Positions 27,237 to 36,409 of a stretch of DNA of 64,000 bases are shown piece by piece. The stretch spans positions 18,332-82,331 of IMG/VR virus record IMGVR_UViG_3300031867_000031; one strand, given 5' to 3'. The notes under the pieces were generated by a model. The model was given only the letters and a program-made list of their open reading frames with translations, was not told where the DNA came from and searched no databases. How positions within the stretch are numbered: the stretch's first letter is position 1; each line of letters starts with the position of its first letter. This DNA comes from a virus (Duplodnaviria > Caudoviricetes). Both the position numbers and the translations under genes were made by a program.

Positions 27237-27393
27237 GGGAAAAACAGGTATTTATTTTTTTTCTCGCAAAAATTACGTTTCATATAATGAGATGGAGTAG
27301 AGTAAGAATGTAGCAGGTAAACAGTGCTTGTTATATTTTTATTGCTGCTCAAAATTTTTATGGCCAAAAGTGCCAAGAGAGGAGTTTTGTAGT

Positions 27394-27738
27394 ATGAAGC
27401 TGTCAAAAGAGATTTTGGATAAACTTCGTGATGCTTGGGGTGATCAAGGCGAGCTTTATCCGTGGACGACCGGTGCAGAGGTTCTTACGGGTATCCCGGT
27501 CATGGAAGATGAGGAACAAGATAAGGTCTCTGCGACTGATAAGAAATCGACCAAGCCGCTCTATAAGACTTACGAAGACCTTGCTTATATTTCAGCAATG
27601 GAATCAACTCGCTGCCACATGTTGATCAATAAGCTTAAGGCCACTATTGATCTTCTTGATGCTCAACAGCAGTACTATGAAGCTATAAGTGCCATCGAGC
27701 GCGATAATGAGTCGTTTGGATTTGATCTAGACATTTAA
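27394..27738 (+). CDS. Hypothetical protein
   Basis: GAGGAG RBS, ATG at 27394, terminator hairpin after the stop. Confidence 0.6.
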   Translation: MKLSKEILDKLRDAWGDQGELYPWTTGAEVLTGIPVMEDEEQDKVSATDKKSTKPLYKTYEDLAYISAMESTRCHMLINKLKATIDLLDAQQQYYEAISAIERDNESFGFDLDI

Positions 27739-27808
27739 ATGCAATAAGAATATGAGAGGTGCTAATGGAATAAGCATCTCTCATATTTTTTACTGAAAGG
27801 TTTGTGTA

Positions 27809-28081
27809 ATGAGCAAAACATGGCTAAGCGAAGACGATATTGACCCATTTGATCAAGCAGCGGTGCGTGCTTACTTACTAGACATTGAGCGAGAATACAA
27901 TAAAAAACGAGAACAACTCTATTATAAAACTCAATCATATTTTCATCAATCTATATCCAGCGATTACACTAAAGAAGAAGATCTTCACGAAATCATTAAT
28001 GAGTGTGAACGATTGAAGCAGCAACATAGAGATTTTAAAAAATTTGTAGCCGATATTAGAGGAACTAAATACGTTATTTAA
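27809..28081 (+). CDS. Hypothetical coiled-coil protein
   Basis: 90-aa ORF, GAAAGG RBS. Confidence 0.55.
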   Translation: MSKTWLSEDDIDPFDQAAVRAYLLDIEREYNKKREQLYYKTQSYFHQSISSDYTKEEDLHEIINECERLKQQHRDFKKFVADIRGTKYVI

Positions 28082-28107
28082 ATAATCAAGATTAGAAAGG
28101 ATCAATA

Positions 28108-28410
28108 ATGCTTGAAGTACATGTTATATTTCCTGAGCAGAAAGATGCTTATGTAGCAAATACTAGAGTGTGCGAATTTTTTCAAGGTTCGTTAGCATTT
28201 ATTGATAATAATATTATCGTAACACCTGTTGTGTCAGAATACATAGGCGATCGTAAAACATGGGCGTTTGATATTTGCTTTTCCGATGAAGGCACGGACC
28301 ATAGACTTGTTATTACTGGCGGCGAGCTTCTTTTGCAAAACGGCATGAGTAATGTATGGGCATTTAGTAAAGTGGACAATTATGTCAATCGAAAAGATAG
28401 CACGGAATAA
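28108..28410 (+). CDS. Hypothetical protein
   Basis: 100-aa ORF, GAAAGGA RBS. Confidence 0.55.
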   Translation: MLEVHVIFPEQKDAYVANTRVCEFFQGSLAFIDNNIIVTPVVSEYIGDRKTWAFDICFSDEGTDHRLVITGGELLLQNGMSNVWAFSKVDNYVNRKDSTE

Positions 28411-28753
28411 AGAAATTTTGGCGAAACATCGAGCCGGATTGTCATATTCTGACTTAGCGAATGAATACGAAATTAGCATACCTAGAATTCGACAAATACT
28501 TCAAAAAGAACGAGCATATGGATTATCCAAGCCAAGCATGATATTTGAAATTAAACAATCATGTGAAGATTTTAATGCTGCAGATGGTATGCTTTTCAGA
28601 ATTCTAAATGCTCTACATAACGAACGTATTGATATTCACGGCAGATGGCTAAAACTATCCAGAGAGGAGATGTTGTCAATACGAGGAATAGGTCAACAAG
28701 CCGTTGATATTTTAATACATGCACAAGAGATTGCAAAAAAAAGTGAAAGGTGA
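28382..28753 (+). CDS. Sigma70 region-4-like HTH fused to an alpha-CTD-like domain
   Basis: GLSYSDLANEYEISIPRIRQI and RILNALHNERI...LSREEMLSIRGIGQQAVDIL. Confidence 0.6.
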   Translation: MSIEKIARNKEILAKHRAGLSYSDLANEYEISIPRIRQILQKERAYGLSKPSMIFEIKQSCEDFNAADGMLFRILNALHNERIDIHGRWLKLSREEMLSIRGIGQQAVDILIHAQEIAKKSER

Positions 28754-29013
28754 TACACGATATGGGTAAGATTCGATTTTTTATTAAAGGTATGCACACG
28801 ACTTTTGATCTAGTTCTCATAGTAACGATATGGGCCCTTTCTGAAAAGAATACTCGTCTCGAAAATGAAATAAAAGATTTGACAAAACAGAATCCTCGTT
28901 CACCATATTCTTTTAAGAAACAGTCGACAACCAAATCTGTACCGAAAGAACAAGCTAAGTATCCTATCGGTTTTGCATCAGTTCTTGATATTTTCGAGGA
29001 TAATAATGATTGA
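28750..29013 (+). CDS. Hypothetical membrane-anchored protein
   Basis: Overlapping GTGA start/stop; one hydrophobic segment. Confidence 0.45.
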   Translation: MIHDMGKIRFFIKGMHTTFDLVLIVTIWALSEKNTRLENEIKDLTKQNPRSPYSFKKQSTTKSVPKEQAKYPIGFASVLDIFEDNND

Positions 29014-29299
29014 CGCACGTGATTATTCCACATTGGAAGAACTCAAAAAAGCAATGATGCATGAGTGTGACGCGCAAGTTTCAGAAATAATGATGTCTGA
29101 ATTACGATCTTTAGATGCTGATATTTCTCAAATGCAAAGCTTAACCAATAACTATTCTTTTATTAATGAGGTAGCGAACCTTAAACGTAACGATATTTAT
29201 TGGAAAGTAGATCGTATTCAAGAATTAGCAAAAAGAGTTTTTTATACAGCATTATCAATGAAAAACACATGCCGACTTATACCAGGAGATGATATTTAA
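29006..29299 (+). CDS. Hypothetical helical protein
   Basis: GAGGA RBS; translationally coupled. Confidence 0.5.
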   Translation: MIDARDYSTLEELKKAMMHECDAQVSEIMMSELRSLDADISQMQSLTNNYSFINEVANLKRNDIYWKVDRIQELAKRVFYTALSMKNTCRLIPGDDI

Positions 29300-29589
29300 T
29301 GAGGATGCCTGATAATCCGCATACTTCTGTGAAGCCTGAGGTTAGAGCTGCAATATTGGATGAGCCAGAAAAAAGATTAGATTTTTTAAAAAGTCAGGTG
29401 GTCTTTCTAGAAGAGAATCTGACGGATGATGAAAAATCTGACAAACTTATTGCAGCAAAGTTGGAAGCGTTGACGCAAAAAATTTCTCAGTTAGAAAATT
29501 TAGTAAATCAAATGAGTGACGCTTGCGAAAAAGGTGAGAAAGAAGTCATTGCATTACTTAACACTTTTGAGCCTATTAAACGTGATTGA
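29299..29589 (+). CDS. Hypothetical coiled-coil protein
   Basis: TAATG-coupled start. Confidence 0.55.
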   Translation: MRMPDNPHTSVKPEVRAAILDEPEKRLDFLKSQVVFLEENLTDDEKSDKLIAAKLEALTQKISQLENLVNQMSDACEKGEKEVIALLNTFEPIKRD

Positions 29590-29648
29590 TATTCTCGCAA
29601 TTTTTACGTTTTGTATAATAGGTTAGGTAGGCATAGATTGAAAAGGAG

Positions 29649-29885
29649 ATGATTGCTATGCCGAGTGGAGTTAAGATTGCGAAGTTTGTCGGTGGACTAA
29701 TTGAGGTATGCTTTCTAGTGTCGTTTGTATACGAGTGCGGCAAGGAAGCTGGGCGAAAGGAGCAGCAAGAAGAGACTGCTCAGCAAGCTCAGGATCCTTC
29801 GCTGATCGATGCAAAGGACTTTGTGGAGCTGCTAAAAAATGTTGACAAGGAAGTAATCAGCAAAGCTCGGTTTACAGTTAAGTAA
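29649..29885 (+). CDS. Small membrane-anchored protein (cassette gene)
   Basis: Promoter motif at 29594, AAGGAG RBS, terminator at 29914-29940. Confidence 0.6.
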   Translation: MIAMPSGVKIAKFVGGLIEVCFLVSFVYECGKEAGRKEQQEETAQQAQDPSLIDAKDFVELLKNVDKEVISKARFTVK

Positions 29886-29971
29886 GCCAAGTAAAGCCTT
29901 AAAACCTATATAGAAGGATCTGTAGAAATACAGGTCCTTCTTTTTTATTTTTTAAAAGGAGAATTTTTAAC

Positions 29972-30337
29972 ATGCTTATTCCGCTAAAACTTTACGGATT
30001 TTTGTCAAATTTACATGATGCTGCAATTGATATAAAAAATGATAGTAAAACTAAAGCAGGAACAGTTATTGAATACATTATCGATAATCCAGATAAAGTA
30101 ATTCTTGGAATTGGTACAGTAGCCAGTCTTCTGAGAGCTAGTCAAAGTCTTGTTGTAAGTCATCGAAATTATTCTCAGCGCAAGTATGCAGAGCGGTCAT
30201 ATTACGATCCTCATACTCATACTAAGTGGATGCTTCGCAGACAACTTACTAATTACGAAAAGAAATCACTTAATCAACGAGTCAGCAACGGAGAAACTGC
30301 CGTTGATATTTTAGAAGAAATGGGGGTACTTAAATGA
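29972..30337 (+). CDS. Hypothetical protein with one TM segment
   Basis: AAGGAG RBS; VILGIGTVASLL. Confidence 0.55.
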   Translation: MLIPLKLYGFLSNLHDAAIDIKNDSKTKAGTVIEYIIDNPDKVILGIGTVASLLRASQSLVVSHRNYSQRKYAERSYYDPHTHTKWMLRRQLTNYEKKSLNQRVSNGETAVDILEEMGVLK

Positions 30338-30678
30338 CTGAACAAATAGATCCTTTAGAAAACAAATCTCAAAAAGACGTTCATTTATATTTGTGTGATG
30401 GAAAAGCTTGTTCCGAAGAAGACAAAAAGTGCTGTTGGACACAAAATTTACCACCCGATTTAACATGCAGACATACAACAAACGAAGAGCATTCATTAGC
30501 TAAAAAACTCAGGGGTCTAATTCCAACAAAATTCTACCCATTTTCAGGAAACAAGCATGTTTTGGTCGAGCACTTTGATTATAAGTATGCAAAGAAAGAT
30601 GCTTTAGAAAAATTTCTGAATTCTCTACCCAAAAAGAAAGACACTGGTGAATCGAATAATGACGAAGAACAAGGATAA
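30334..30678 (+). CDS. Small Cys-containing hypothetical protein
   Basis: YLCDGKAC...CC...CRHT pattern. Confidence 0.55.
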   Translation: MTEQIDPLENKSQKDVHLYLCDGKACSEEDKKCCWTQNLPPDLTCRHTTNEEHSLAKKLRGLIPTKFYPFSGNKHVLVEHFDYKYAKKDALEKFLNSLPKKKDTGESNNDEEQG

Positions 30679-31144
30679 CCCATTTCATCAGGCATGTATT
30701 GATGCGTGCATCAAACTTGATAAGAAAAAGGGACTTGGAACTTACGCTTATAACATTTTAGAGGACAATGGTATAATTGAGCATATTCTTAATGGAACTT
30801 TGAATTTGAATGATTATACCGATAGGGATTTAGAATCCTTTCGCGGATTGGGTTTTACCACAATTGAAATACTTCGCGTAGCGTGGAATTTATATATGAA
30901 AAAGCCTTTGCAAAAAGCATTGGATTTAGATCCAGCAATGCTGCGAGGATATTCTACTGGTAAAGATCTTATTCGATGGATTAAAGACCATAAACTCGAA
31001 CACAAACGAGTATATTATGCGCATCATGATTGTGTCGGTTTTGTAATAGAAACGCGCGAATTCGAAGGTATGGAGTATGACACCACTGCAGATCTAAATG
31101 TTATTAATGGCGATTATGTAGAAGTTCGGGAGCATATTTCATGA
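30659..31144 (+). CDS. Protein with an N-terminal alpha-CTD-like HhH domain
   Basis: AYNILEDNGI...YTDRDLESFRGLGFTTIEIL. Confidence 0.45.
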   Translation: MTKNKDNPFHQACIDACIKLDKKKGLGTYAYNILEDNGIIEHILNGTLNLNDYTDRDLESFRGLGFTTIEILRVAWNLYMKKPLQKALDLDPAMLRGYSTGKDLIRWIKDHKLEHKRVYYAHHDCVGFVIETREFEGMEYDTTADLNVINGDYVEVREHIS

Positions 31145-31335
31145 GTGGACAAAATATTTATGCTATGTTCTGCAAAGTATTCGGCGGATTGAAAAACGAC
31201 GTTCGAATGTTTAAAACCCATGGAGATCGGTCTATTATATTATACCTGACAAATGGTGAACTGCCATTATTGTTTACAGTAGTCGATAGCCAAAGAGAGA
31301 TTTGGACATTAGAGCCTGTAATTAATACTAAATGA
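31141..31335 (+). CDS. Hypothetical protein
   Basis: ATGA-coupled 64-aa ORF. Confidence 0.5.
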   Translation: MSGQNIYAMFCKVFGGLKNDVRMFKTHGDRSIILYLTNGELPLLFTVVDSQREIWTLEPVINTK

Positions 31336-31357
31336 TATTTTGAAAAGAGGTTGCATA

Positions 31358-31849
31358 ATGAGTTTTAATTTTTTAAATGGACTTGATTTAAATAATGGTA
31401 GAATTTTTATTATTATGGTCGGACCACCTGGAGCAGGAAAGACGATCGCATCTAAGAAACTCGTAGACGATTACGGTTTTATTCGAATTTGTCCGGATGA
31501 TATTCGGGAAGAAATTACTGGTAACGCTAATAATCAGGATCGTAATGAAGAGGTATTCACCAAAGTTTATTCGAGACTTAGTGAATACTTGAATCAAGGT
31601 TTTAATGTGGTGTATGATGCTACAAATTGTAGATCTGCATATCGTTTTAAAGTTCTTGATATTGCTCGAAAATCGGCTAATACGATAGTTTGTATGGTAT
31701 CAACTACTCCTATTGGCGATTGTTTGGAGCGTAATAAAAATCGTTACGAACGTCATGTTCCAGAAGAAGTAATTGAGCGAATGTATTTTACACTCAAAAA
31801 GCATCCGCCAACGATTTTTGAAGGGTATGATCTAATTGTCGGTTTCTAA
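31358..31849 (+). CDS. P-loop kinase (polynucleotide-kinase/AAA_33-like)
   Basis: MVGPPGAGKT, ICPDDIR, VVYDATN, RxxxR lid, VPEEVIERM. Confidence 0.8.
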   Translation: MSFNFLNGLDLNNGRIFIIMVGPPGAGKTIASKKLVDDYGFIRICPDDIREEITGNANNQDRNEEVFTKVYSRLSEYLNQGFNVVYDATNCRSAYRFKVLDIARKSANTIVCMVSTTPIGDCLERNKNRYERHVPEEVIERMYFTLKKHPPTIFEGYDLIVGF

Positions 31850-32201
31850 TAAAGAGTATGATTCATGCTCTTCAGAATTATATTCGAATTTGGATAAAAT
31901 CAGACATTTAATTTCGGAGCCAGCTCTATATGAGCAAATGGCAGAAGAATGTTCCGAGCTCAGTCAAGCACTTTTGAAAAAAGCTCGTAAACTGCGAAAT
32001 GAAAACTATACGCCAAAGTCATATTCTGAAATTAATGACAATTTAATTGAAGAATACACGGATGTCAGACTTTGTGCAATGGTGCTTTCCTTATCAATTG
32101 ACGAGACAATTCTCTCTGAAAAACTAAATCGATGGATATTTCGAAATAGTGATATAGGAAAAAATCTTATGGCGAATGGAGAACCATATGAAAATTCTTG
32201 A
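31836..32201 (+). CDS. MazG-like nucleotide pyrophosphohydrolase
   Basis: QMAEECSELSQA...LIEEYTDV (EExxE...ExxD). Confidence 0.75.
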   Translation: MSVSNKEYDSCSSELYSNLDKIRHLISEPALYEQMAEECSELSQALLKKARKLRNENYTPKSYSEINDNLIEEYTDVRLCAMVLSLSIDETILSEKLNRWIFRNSDIGKNLMANGEPYENS

Positions 32202-32832
32202 TGCTTCTTACAAAATTGTGCGTCTCCAAAAAGAAATTGATGTAGATCAGATAAGTGATGCATATTGTATGTGCTACGAAACACCGCATCCCACATCATA
32301 TGAAAAGCAATGTGATATTATTAGAAATCATAGAAAACATGGATCGCCGCTTGAGCATTCTATTATGACTGTCGATTTCGTAATTAATCGTGGAATTAGT
32401 CATGAATTGGTTCGCCATAGGCATACTGGATATTCTCAGCAGTCTACTCGCTATTGCAATTTTAGTAAAAATAAATTCGGTAACAGTGTAAGTTTTATAC
32501 GAGATTCTAGAATCTCGATCGATAATGCGGCGCTGTACGATCTATGGATTCGTGGATTACAAGCTGATGAAGACGAATATTTTGAACGTTTAAACATGGG
32601 TCAAACACCAGAAGAAGCACGAGGATGTTTGCCGAATGATCTGGCAACACGACTAAAAGTATCGACTAATTTCCGCGAATGGCATGATATTTTCACGTTG
32701 CGTTGTGATACTCATGCCCATTATCAAATGCGAGAGATTATGAGGCCTTTGTGCGAAGAGATGATTTGCGAGCTTCCTTGTATTTTTGACGATATTCATC
32801 CCGAGTTGGATTTTGTGGTGCTTGATGATTAA
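32188..32832 (+). CDS. thyX: FAD-dependent thymidylate synthase
   Basis: HGSPLEH, RGISHELVRHRHTGYSQQSTRY (ThyX RHR..S...S.R motif), EEARGCLP, NFREW. Confidence 0.92.
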   Translation: MKILDASYKIVRLQKEIDVDQISDAYCMCYETPHPTSYEKQCDIIRNHRKHGSPLEHSIMTVDFVINRGISHELVRHRHTGYSQQSTRYCNFSKNKFGNSVSFIRDSRISIDNAALYDLWIRGLQADEDEYFERLNMGQTPEEARGCLPNDLATRLKVSTNFREWHDIFTLRCDTHAHYQMREIMRPLCEEMICELPCIFDDIHPELDFVVLDD

Positions 32833-33049
32833 TAACTGGGAATTCCGGCAAGATATTAAGCGCAATGCTTTAAAAAGAATCGTTCAAGATGGAAATTCTC
32901 TACAATCATTGATAAGTATTTTGGATTTACAACTTAGTACTGATCAAAATGATAATGCTATTGAAACGCTCTCATTTATAGAAACAGTGTTAACTCAAAT
33001 GGATGCTGATTGTGGATCATTGGGCACAGCATTAAATTACGAACAGTAA
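32825..33049 (+). CDS. Hypothetical protein
   Basis: Coupled to the thyX stop. Confidence 0.45.
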   Translation: MINNWEFRQDIKRNALKRIVQDGNSLQSLISILDLQLSTDQNDNAIETLSFIETVLTQMDADCGSLGTALNYEQ

Positions 33050-33062
33050 GGAATTATATTTT

Positions 33063-33386
33063 ATGGCTCAGCAGAAAGCATTTACAGATCCTCATCAAAA
33101 ATCTGGAGAAAAGGAAGCAATTGATATTGTTTATAAATGGTATAAAAATCAACATAGAAAAATTGATCGCGATTCAATCTATGTCGTATGGTTTGCTTTT
33201 ATCGGCTATAGCGGATTTAAATGCATGGTCACATCGCATGATTACAAAGATTATTTCTTTGAGATTACTGTGAATAAACGAACGGGCGAAATGCGATGCG
33301 ATTGTTTTAAACGCGTTGAATATATTGTAAAGCCTGCTGACCACGATAAGCATGAATCCGATTCTAATGATATTTCACTTATATAA
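33063..33386 (+). CDS. DUF6275-like protein (paralogue of 18772)
   Basis: IYVVWFAF...FKCMVTS..DYFFEITVN...EMRCDCFKRVE. Confidence 0.55.
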   Translation: MAQQKAFTDPHQKSGEKEAIDIVYKWYKNQHRKIDRDSIYVVWFAFIGYSGFKCMVTSHDYKDYFFEITVNKRTGEMRCDCFKRVEYIVKPADHDKHESDSNDISLI

Positions 33387-33450
33387 CTCTCGCAGAATTA
33401 ACTCGCACTATAATAGGTAGGTATTACAAATACGTTTGAAAGGCGATGCA

Positions 33451-33624
33451 ATGGACGTTAGTGTTATGTGCGAGTATCTGATTGATTCCATAATGATACT
33501 TGTTGGCATGGGTGTGCTGGTGCACATCTATGCGGAGCAAAGGTATCAGGAAGGAATGGAGAAGGGAATGCGCATGCAGCGGAAGATTGATCGCGCTGCT
33601 AGACGCGGAGAGTTTTATCGGTAG
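33451..33624 (+). CDS. Small membrane-anchored protein (cassette gene)
   Basis: Promoter motif at 33389; one TM; terminator at 33628-33660. Confidence 0.55.
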   Translation: MDVSVMCEYLIDSIMILVGMGVLVHIYAEQRYQEGMEKGMRMQRKIDRAARRGEFYR

Positions 33625-33702
33625 AGAAGAGGGGATCTATAGAAAATTATGGATCCCCTCTTTTATGTTTTTGCATGCTTTTCTTTAGAAAGGATTTCAG
33701 GC

Positions 33703-34452
33703 ATGAGCGGTACAATTAACGACGCAATTGTTGGTGCAGTTGTTGGAAATATTCTCGGAACTGATAGATGGCTAATTGGTCGTGACGAATCTAAAGAAAC
33801 TTTAAATGATGATATTCAAATGTATATAGAAAAATCGATGACGCTAAATGCTATGTCTAAAATTATTCGATCGATGAAACACTACGATGGTTTTTGTATT
33901 GATGATATTTCTTCAAAAATCAAAACGATCGATGGTCTGTGTAGTGGTAGCGAAAATTGTTATGTTACTCCCAATGATGGATCGGTTTTATGTTGGATTT
34001 ATTTAGCCGCGTTTTCTGATATTTTTGTCGAGCATGATTATTCTTTAGACTTCACAATTAGTAGTATTTGTAAAGCCACACATGCTGATGACGATACTAT
34101 AAATCTTTGCATTGAATATTGTCATCTTATTCATGATATTTTCTGTAATCACATGGATCAGGAAAGAATTCTGCAATTTCTTCCAGAACTTGATATTCTT
34201 GCTGGAGATGTTCCGATATATCGAGATGCAAAGTCGACGTTTTTCGCTGGACTTTGGGCATTTGTTCACGCAACAAGTTATGAAAATGCTTTGCATAATT
34301 GTGCCGAACTTGATCATGGCCGAGGTTTTACAAATTGGATTCCGACAGTTGCTGGAACACTTGCTGGTTTATATTTCGGATCCAATTCAATTCCACAGTA
34401 TCTTATAAAGGATTTCAAAATCGATGATTATTTGAATAGCTTGACTTTTTAA
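33703..34452 (+). CDS. ADP-ribosylglycohydrolase (DraG/ARH)-like protein, degenerate active site
   Basis: IVGAVVGNILG, NDDIQM, TH, VAGTLAGLYFG..SIP; the canonical GD and D-x-D motifs are altered. Confidence 0.65.
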   Translation: MSGTINDAIVGAVVGNILGTDRWLIGRDESKETLNDDIQMYIEKSMTLNAMSKIIRSMKHYDGFCIDDISSKIKTIDGLCSGSENCYVTPNDGSVLCWIYLAAFSDIFVEHDYSLDFTISSICKATHADDDTINLCIEYCHLIHDIFCNHMDQERILQFLPELDILAGDVPIYRDAKSTFFAGLWAFVHATSYENALHNCAELDHGRGFTNWIPTVAGTLAGLYFGSNSIPQYLIKDFKIDDYLNSLTF

Positions 34453-34465
34453 GAGGCGAATTTTT

Positions 34466-34741
34466 ATGGAAAATCATATTGTAATTATTGCGTGTTTTGC
34501 ATTTATTGGCATGGTCATACTTTTGTTCGTAATAACATTTGCTACTTACCACATCGGCTATAATAACGGCTATGCCACTGGGTATAAAGATAGTAGACGA
34601 GATATTCGACGAAAGCGAATAAATGCTAATTATTCTCAATCATTCGACAATATAAGAATTTTGCCACTAAAATCCAAAAAGCCAGTATATATTAACAGTA
34701 GATCAAAGTATGAGGCCGTTGACTATGACAAAAACTGTTAA
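34466..34741 (+). CDS. Membrane-anchored hypothetical protein
   Basis: N-terminal TM followed by GYNNGYATGY. Confidence 0.55.
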   Translation: MENHIVIIACFAFIGMVILLFVITFATYHIGYNNGYATGYKDSRRDIRRKRINANYSQSFDNIRILPLKSKKPVYINSRSKYEAVDYDKNC

Positions 34742-34970
34742 TGACCCTGTAAACCATCCTAGCCATTATACTCAAGGCGATATAGAATGTATTGATGCTA
34801 TCAAGGCAAGCATGACACCAGAAGCCTTTATTGGATATTTAAAAGGTAATTGTATTAAGTATTTATGGCGAACTGGTTTAAAAAATGATGCTGTTGAGGA
34901 TATTCGCAAAGCAGGCTGGTATTTAAATAAGCTTGAAGAGGCTTTGAAAGATGGTGAAGCTAATGCCTAA
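34725..34970 (+). CDS. DUF3310 family protein (putative nucleotide kinase-like)
   Basis: DPVNHPSHYTQGDIECIDAI...GNCIKYLWR...EDIRKAGWYL. Confidence 0.8.
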   Translation: MTKTVNDPVNHPSHYTQGDIECIDAIKASMTPEAFIGYLKGNCIKYLWRTGLKNDAVEDIRKAGWYLNKLEEALKDGEANA

Positions 34971-35715
34971 TTTGGACTATAATTATTCATACGAATTATA
35001 TGCTATACGGGATAGCGTGATTAATAAAAGTGGTTTTTGTATTTCAGAATTACCCAATCCAGATCGTATAACAATGGATAATGAAGAGCAACGTTTTGGT
35101 AAATCACTAATAACTATTACCCTATTATGGAATTCATCAATGCCTCGCTTTCTTCCTGACTATAGATATATTTTACTTCAATATAAAGATGCTGATGAAT
35201 GTCTTGCATATATGATGAAAGCCACGGCCATTAATCGAGTCAGTTATGGAGAAAGCGAAGCAATTTTTCGTGCTGTTTTACCAGATACGAATATTCTCAA
35301 AGCTGTGCTAGAATACCGAGAGAAAACTAAATATTGTAATGGTGTACGACGTATATCGGAGGAGCGTTTCATGTTTACGAATGCTTTGGAAAATGCACTC
35401 AACTCTGCTTTTAGATATGGAACTACTAATACACCGCTTATTAAAGAACTTTTCTATAATGAACCGCATACTATTGTTAAGTGGAATGATGGAACCACTA
35501 CTGTGGTTGGCTGTGCAGAAGGTGAAGAATTCAGTAAAGAATTGGGTCTTTCTGTTGCCATTGCTGAAAAGTATTTTGAAGTTCTAGGTTTTCCGTATCC
35601 TCGAGCAGCTCTAAAGAAGTTGACCGAAAATGGACATGATCAAACGGCTAAGACAAAGGCTCGTAGGGATTTTAAAGCTGCTAAAAAGGCTAAGAAGATC
35701 GAAACCGAGGAGTAA
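34963..35715 (+). CDS. Hypothetical protein with a conserved phage C-terminal domain
   Basis: IKELFYNEPHTIVKWNDGTTTVVGC..GEEFSKELGL..AIA. Confidence 0.6.
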   Translation: MPNLDYNYSYELYAIRDSVINKSGFCISELPNPDRITMDNEEQRFGKSLITITLLWNSSMPRFLPDYRYILLQYKDADECLAYMMKATAINRVSYGESEAIFRAVLPDTNILKAVLEYREKTKYCNGVRRISEERFMFTNALENALNSAFRYGTTNTPLIKELFYNEPHTIVKWNDGTTTVVGCAEGEEFSKELGLSVAIAEKYFEVLGFPYPRAALKKLTENGHDQTAKTKARRDFKAAKKAKKIETEE

Positions 35716-35720
35716 GTATA

Positions 35721-35966
35721 ATGTCTGATCGGTGGTTTGATTTATATTTATTCTTAGTTGGCGAAGCTAATGTTTTATATAAACTTAGCCACCTTTCTAA
35801 AGAAGATGCTGATAAATATGCAGACTACTGGATAGAGATGAATGACATGCATGATTACATGCTTGTTTTAGAAGGATCTACTCCGTGGGATGATACTCCT
35901 ACCATTATTGAAAAATCCCCAGAATGGATTTTTCTAGAGTATGCTCGATTGCAGATAGAAGGGTGA
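35721..35966 (+). CDS. Hypothetical protein
   Basis: 81-aa ORF, GAGGAG RBS. Confidence 0.5.
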   Translation: MSDRWFDLYLFLVGEANVLYKLSHLSKEDADKYADYWIEMNDMHDYMLVLEGSTPWDDTPTIIEKSPEWIFLEYARLQIEG

Positions 35967-35970
35967 TATT

Positions 35971-36261
35971 TTGGTTCAATTAGATGACGAAGTGTATGCT
36001 AAACTTAAAAAAGATGCCGATGATAACCGACAAATAGTAGCAATTGTTCGATGGGTTGTAATCGCCATCATGTTTCTTAGTATATTTTTCTTCTGGGGAA
36101 AGCAAATACTCGATATGGATATTCGACGTAGACAAATGGAACTCGAATGTCAATTGGCAATTACTAAAGCCGAGAATAATGTAGAAGTTAGGAAAATTGA
36201 ATCTGAAGGCATGGATTTAGATGATTATATTCTATGGCTAAATGCTCGCGAAAAGGATTAG
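35971..36261 (+). CDS. Membrane-anchored hypothetical protein
   Basis: Single TM helix then coiled coil. Confidence 0.5.
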   Translation: MVQLDDEVYAKLKKDADDNRQIVAIVRWVVIAIMFLSIFFFWGKQILDMDIRRRQMELECQLAITKAENNVEVRKIESEGMDLDDYILWLNAREKD

Positions 36262-36265
36262 GGTG

Positions 36266-36409
36266 ATGGAAATTGAACAAGTTTTAATGGCAGTAATCAT
36301 ATGTGTATTAGCATGTGTGATAGCTGCCATAATTATTCAAAGTTTGTTTTTGGTTAAGATGTTGACATTAGTGTTTATATTTTTGTCATGGGGTGTGTTA
36401 CTAATATGA
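36266..36409 (+). CDS. Small two-TM membrane protein (47 aa)
   Basis: Hand-translated MEIEQVLMAVIICVLACVIAAIIIQSLFLVKMLTLVFIFLSWGVLLI; fills the gap and is coupled to the next ORF. Confidence 0.45.
   Translation: MEIEQVLMAVIICVLACVIAAIIIQSLFLVKMLTLVFIFLSWGVLLI

Larger units (their letters stand above)
23448..27292 (+). promoter_or_regulatory. Dense cluster of the phage promoter motif (C/T)TCG(C/T)-A/T-rich-(T/A)AC-N6-7-TA(T/A)(A/T)(T/A)(A/G)G
   Basis: Copies at about 23448, 23814, 24066, 24412, 24590, 24763, 25076, 25424, 25787, 26342, 26690, 27035 and 27263, each directly after a terminator and before an RBS or a structured RNA. Confidence 0.75.
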
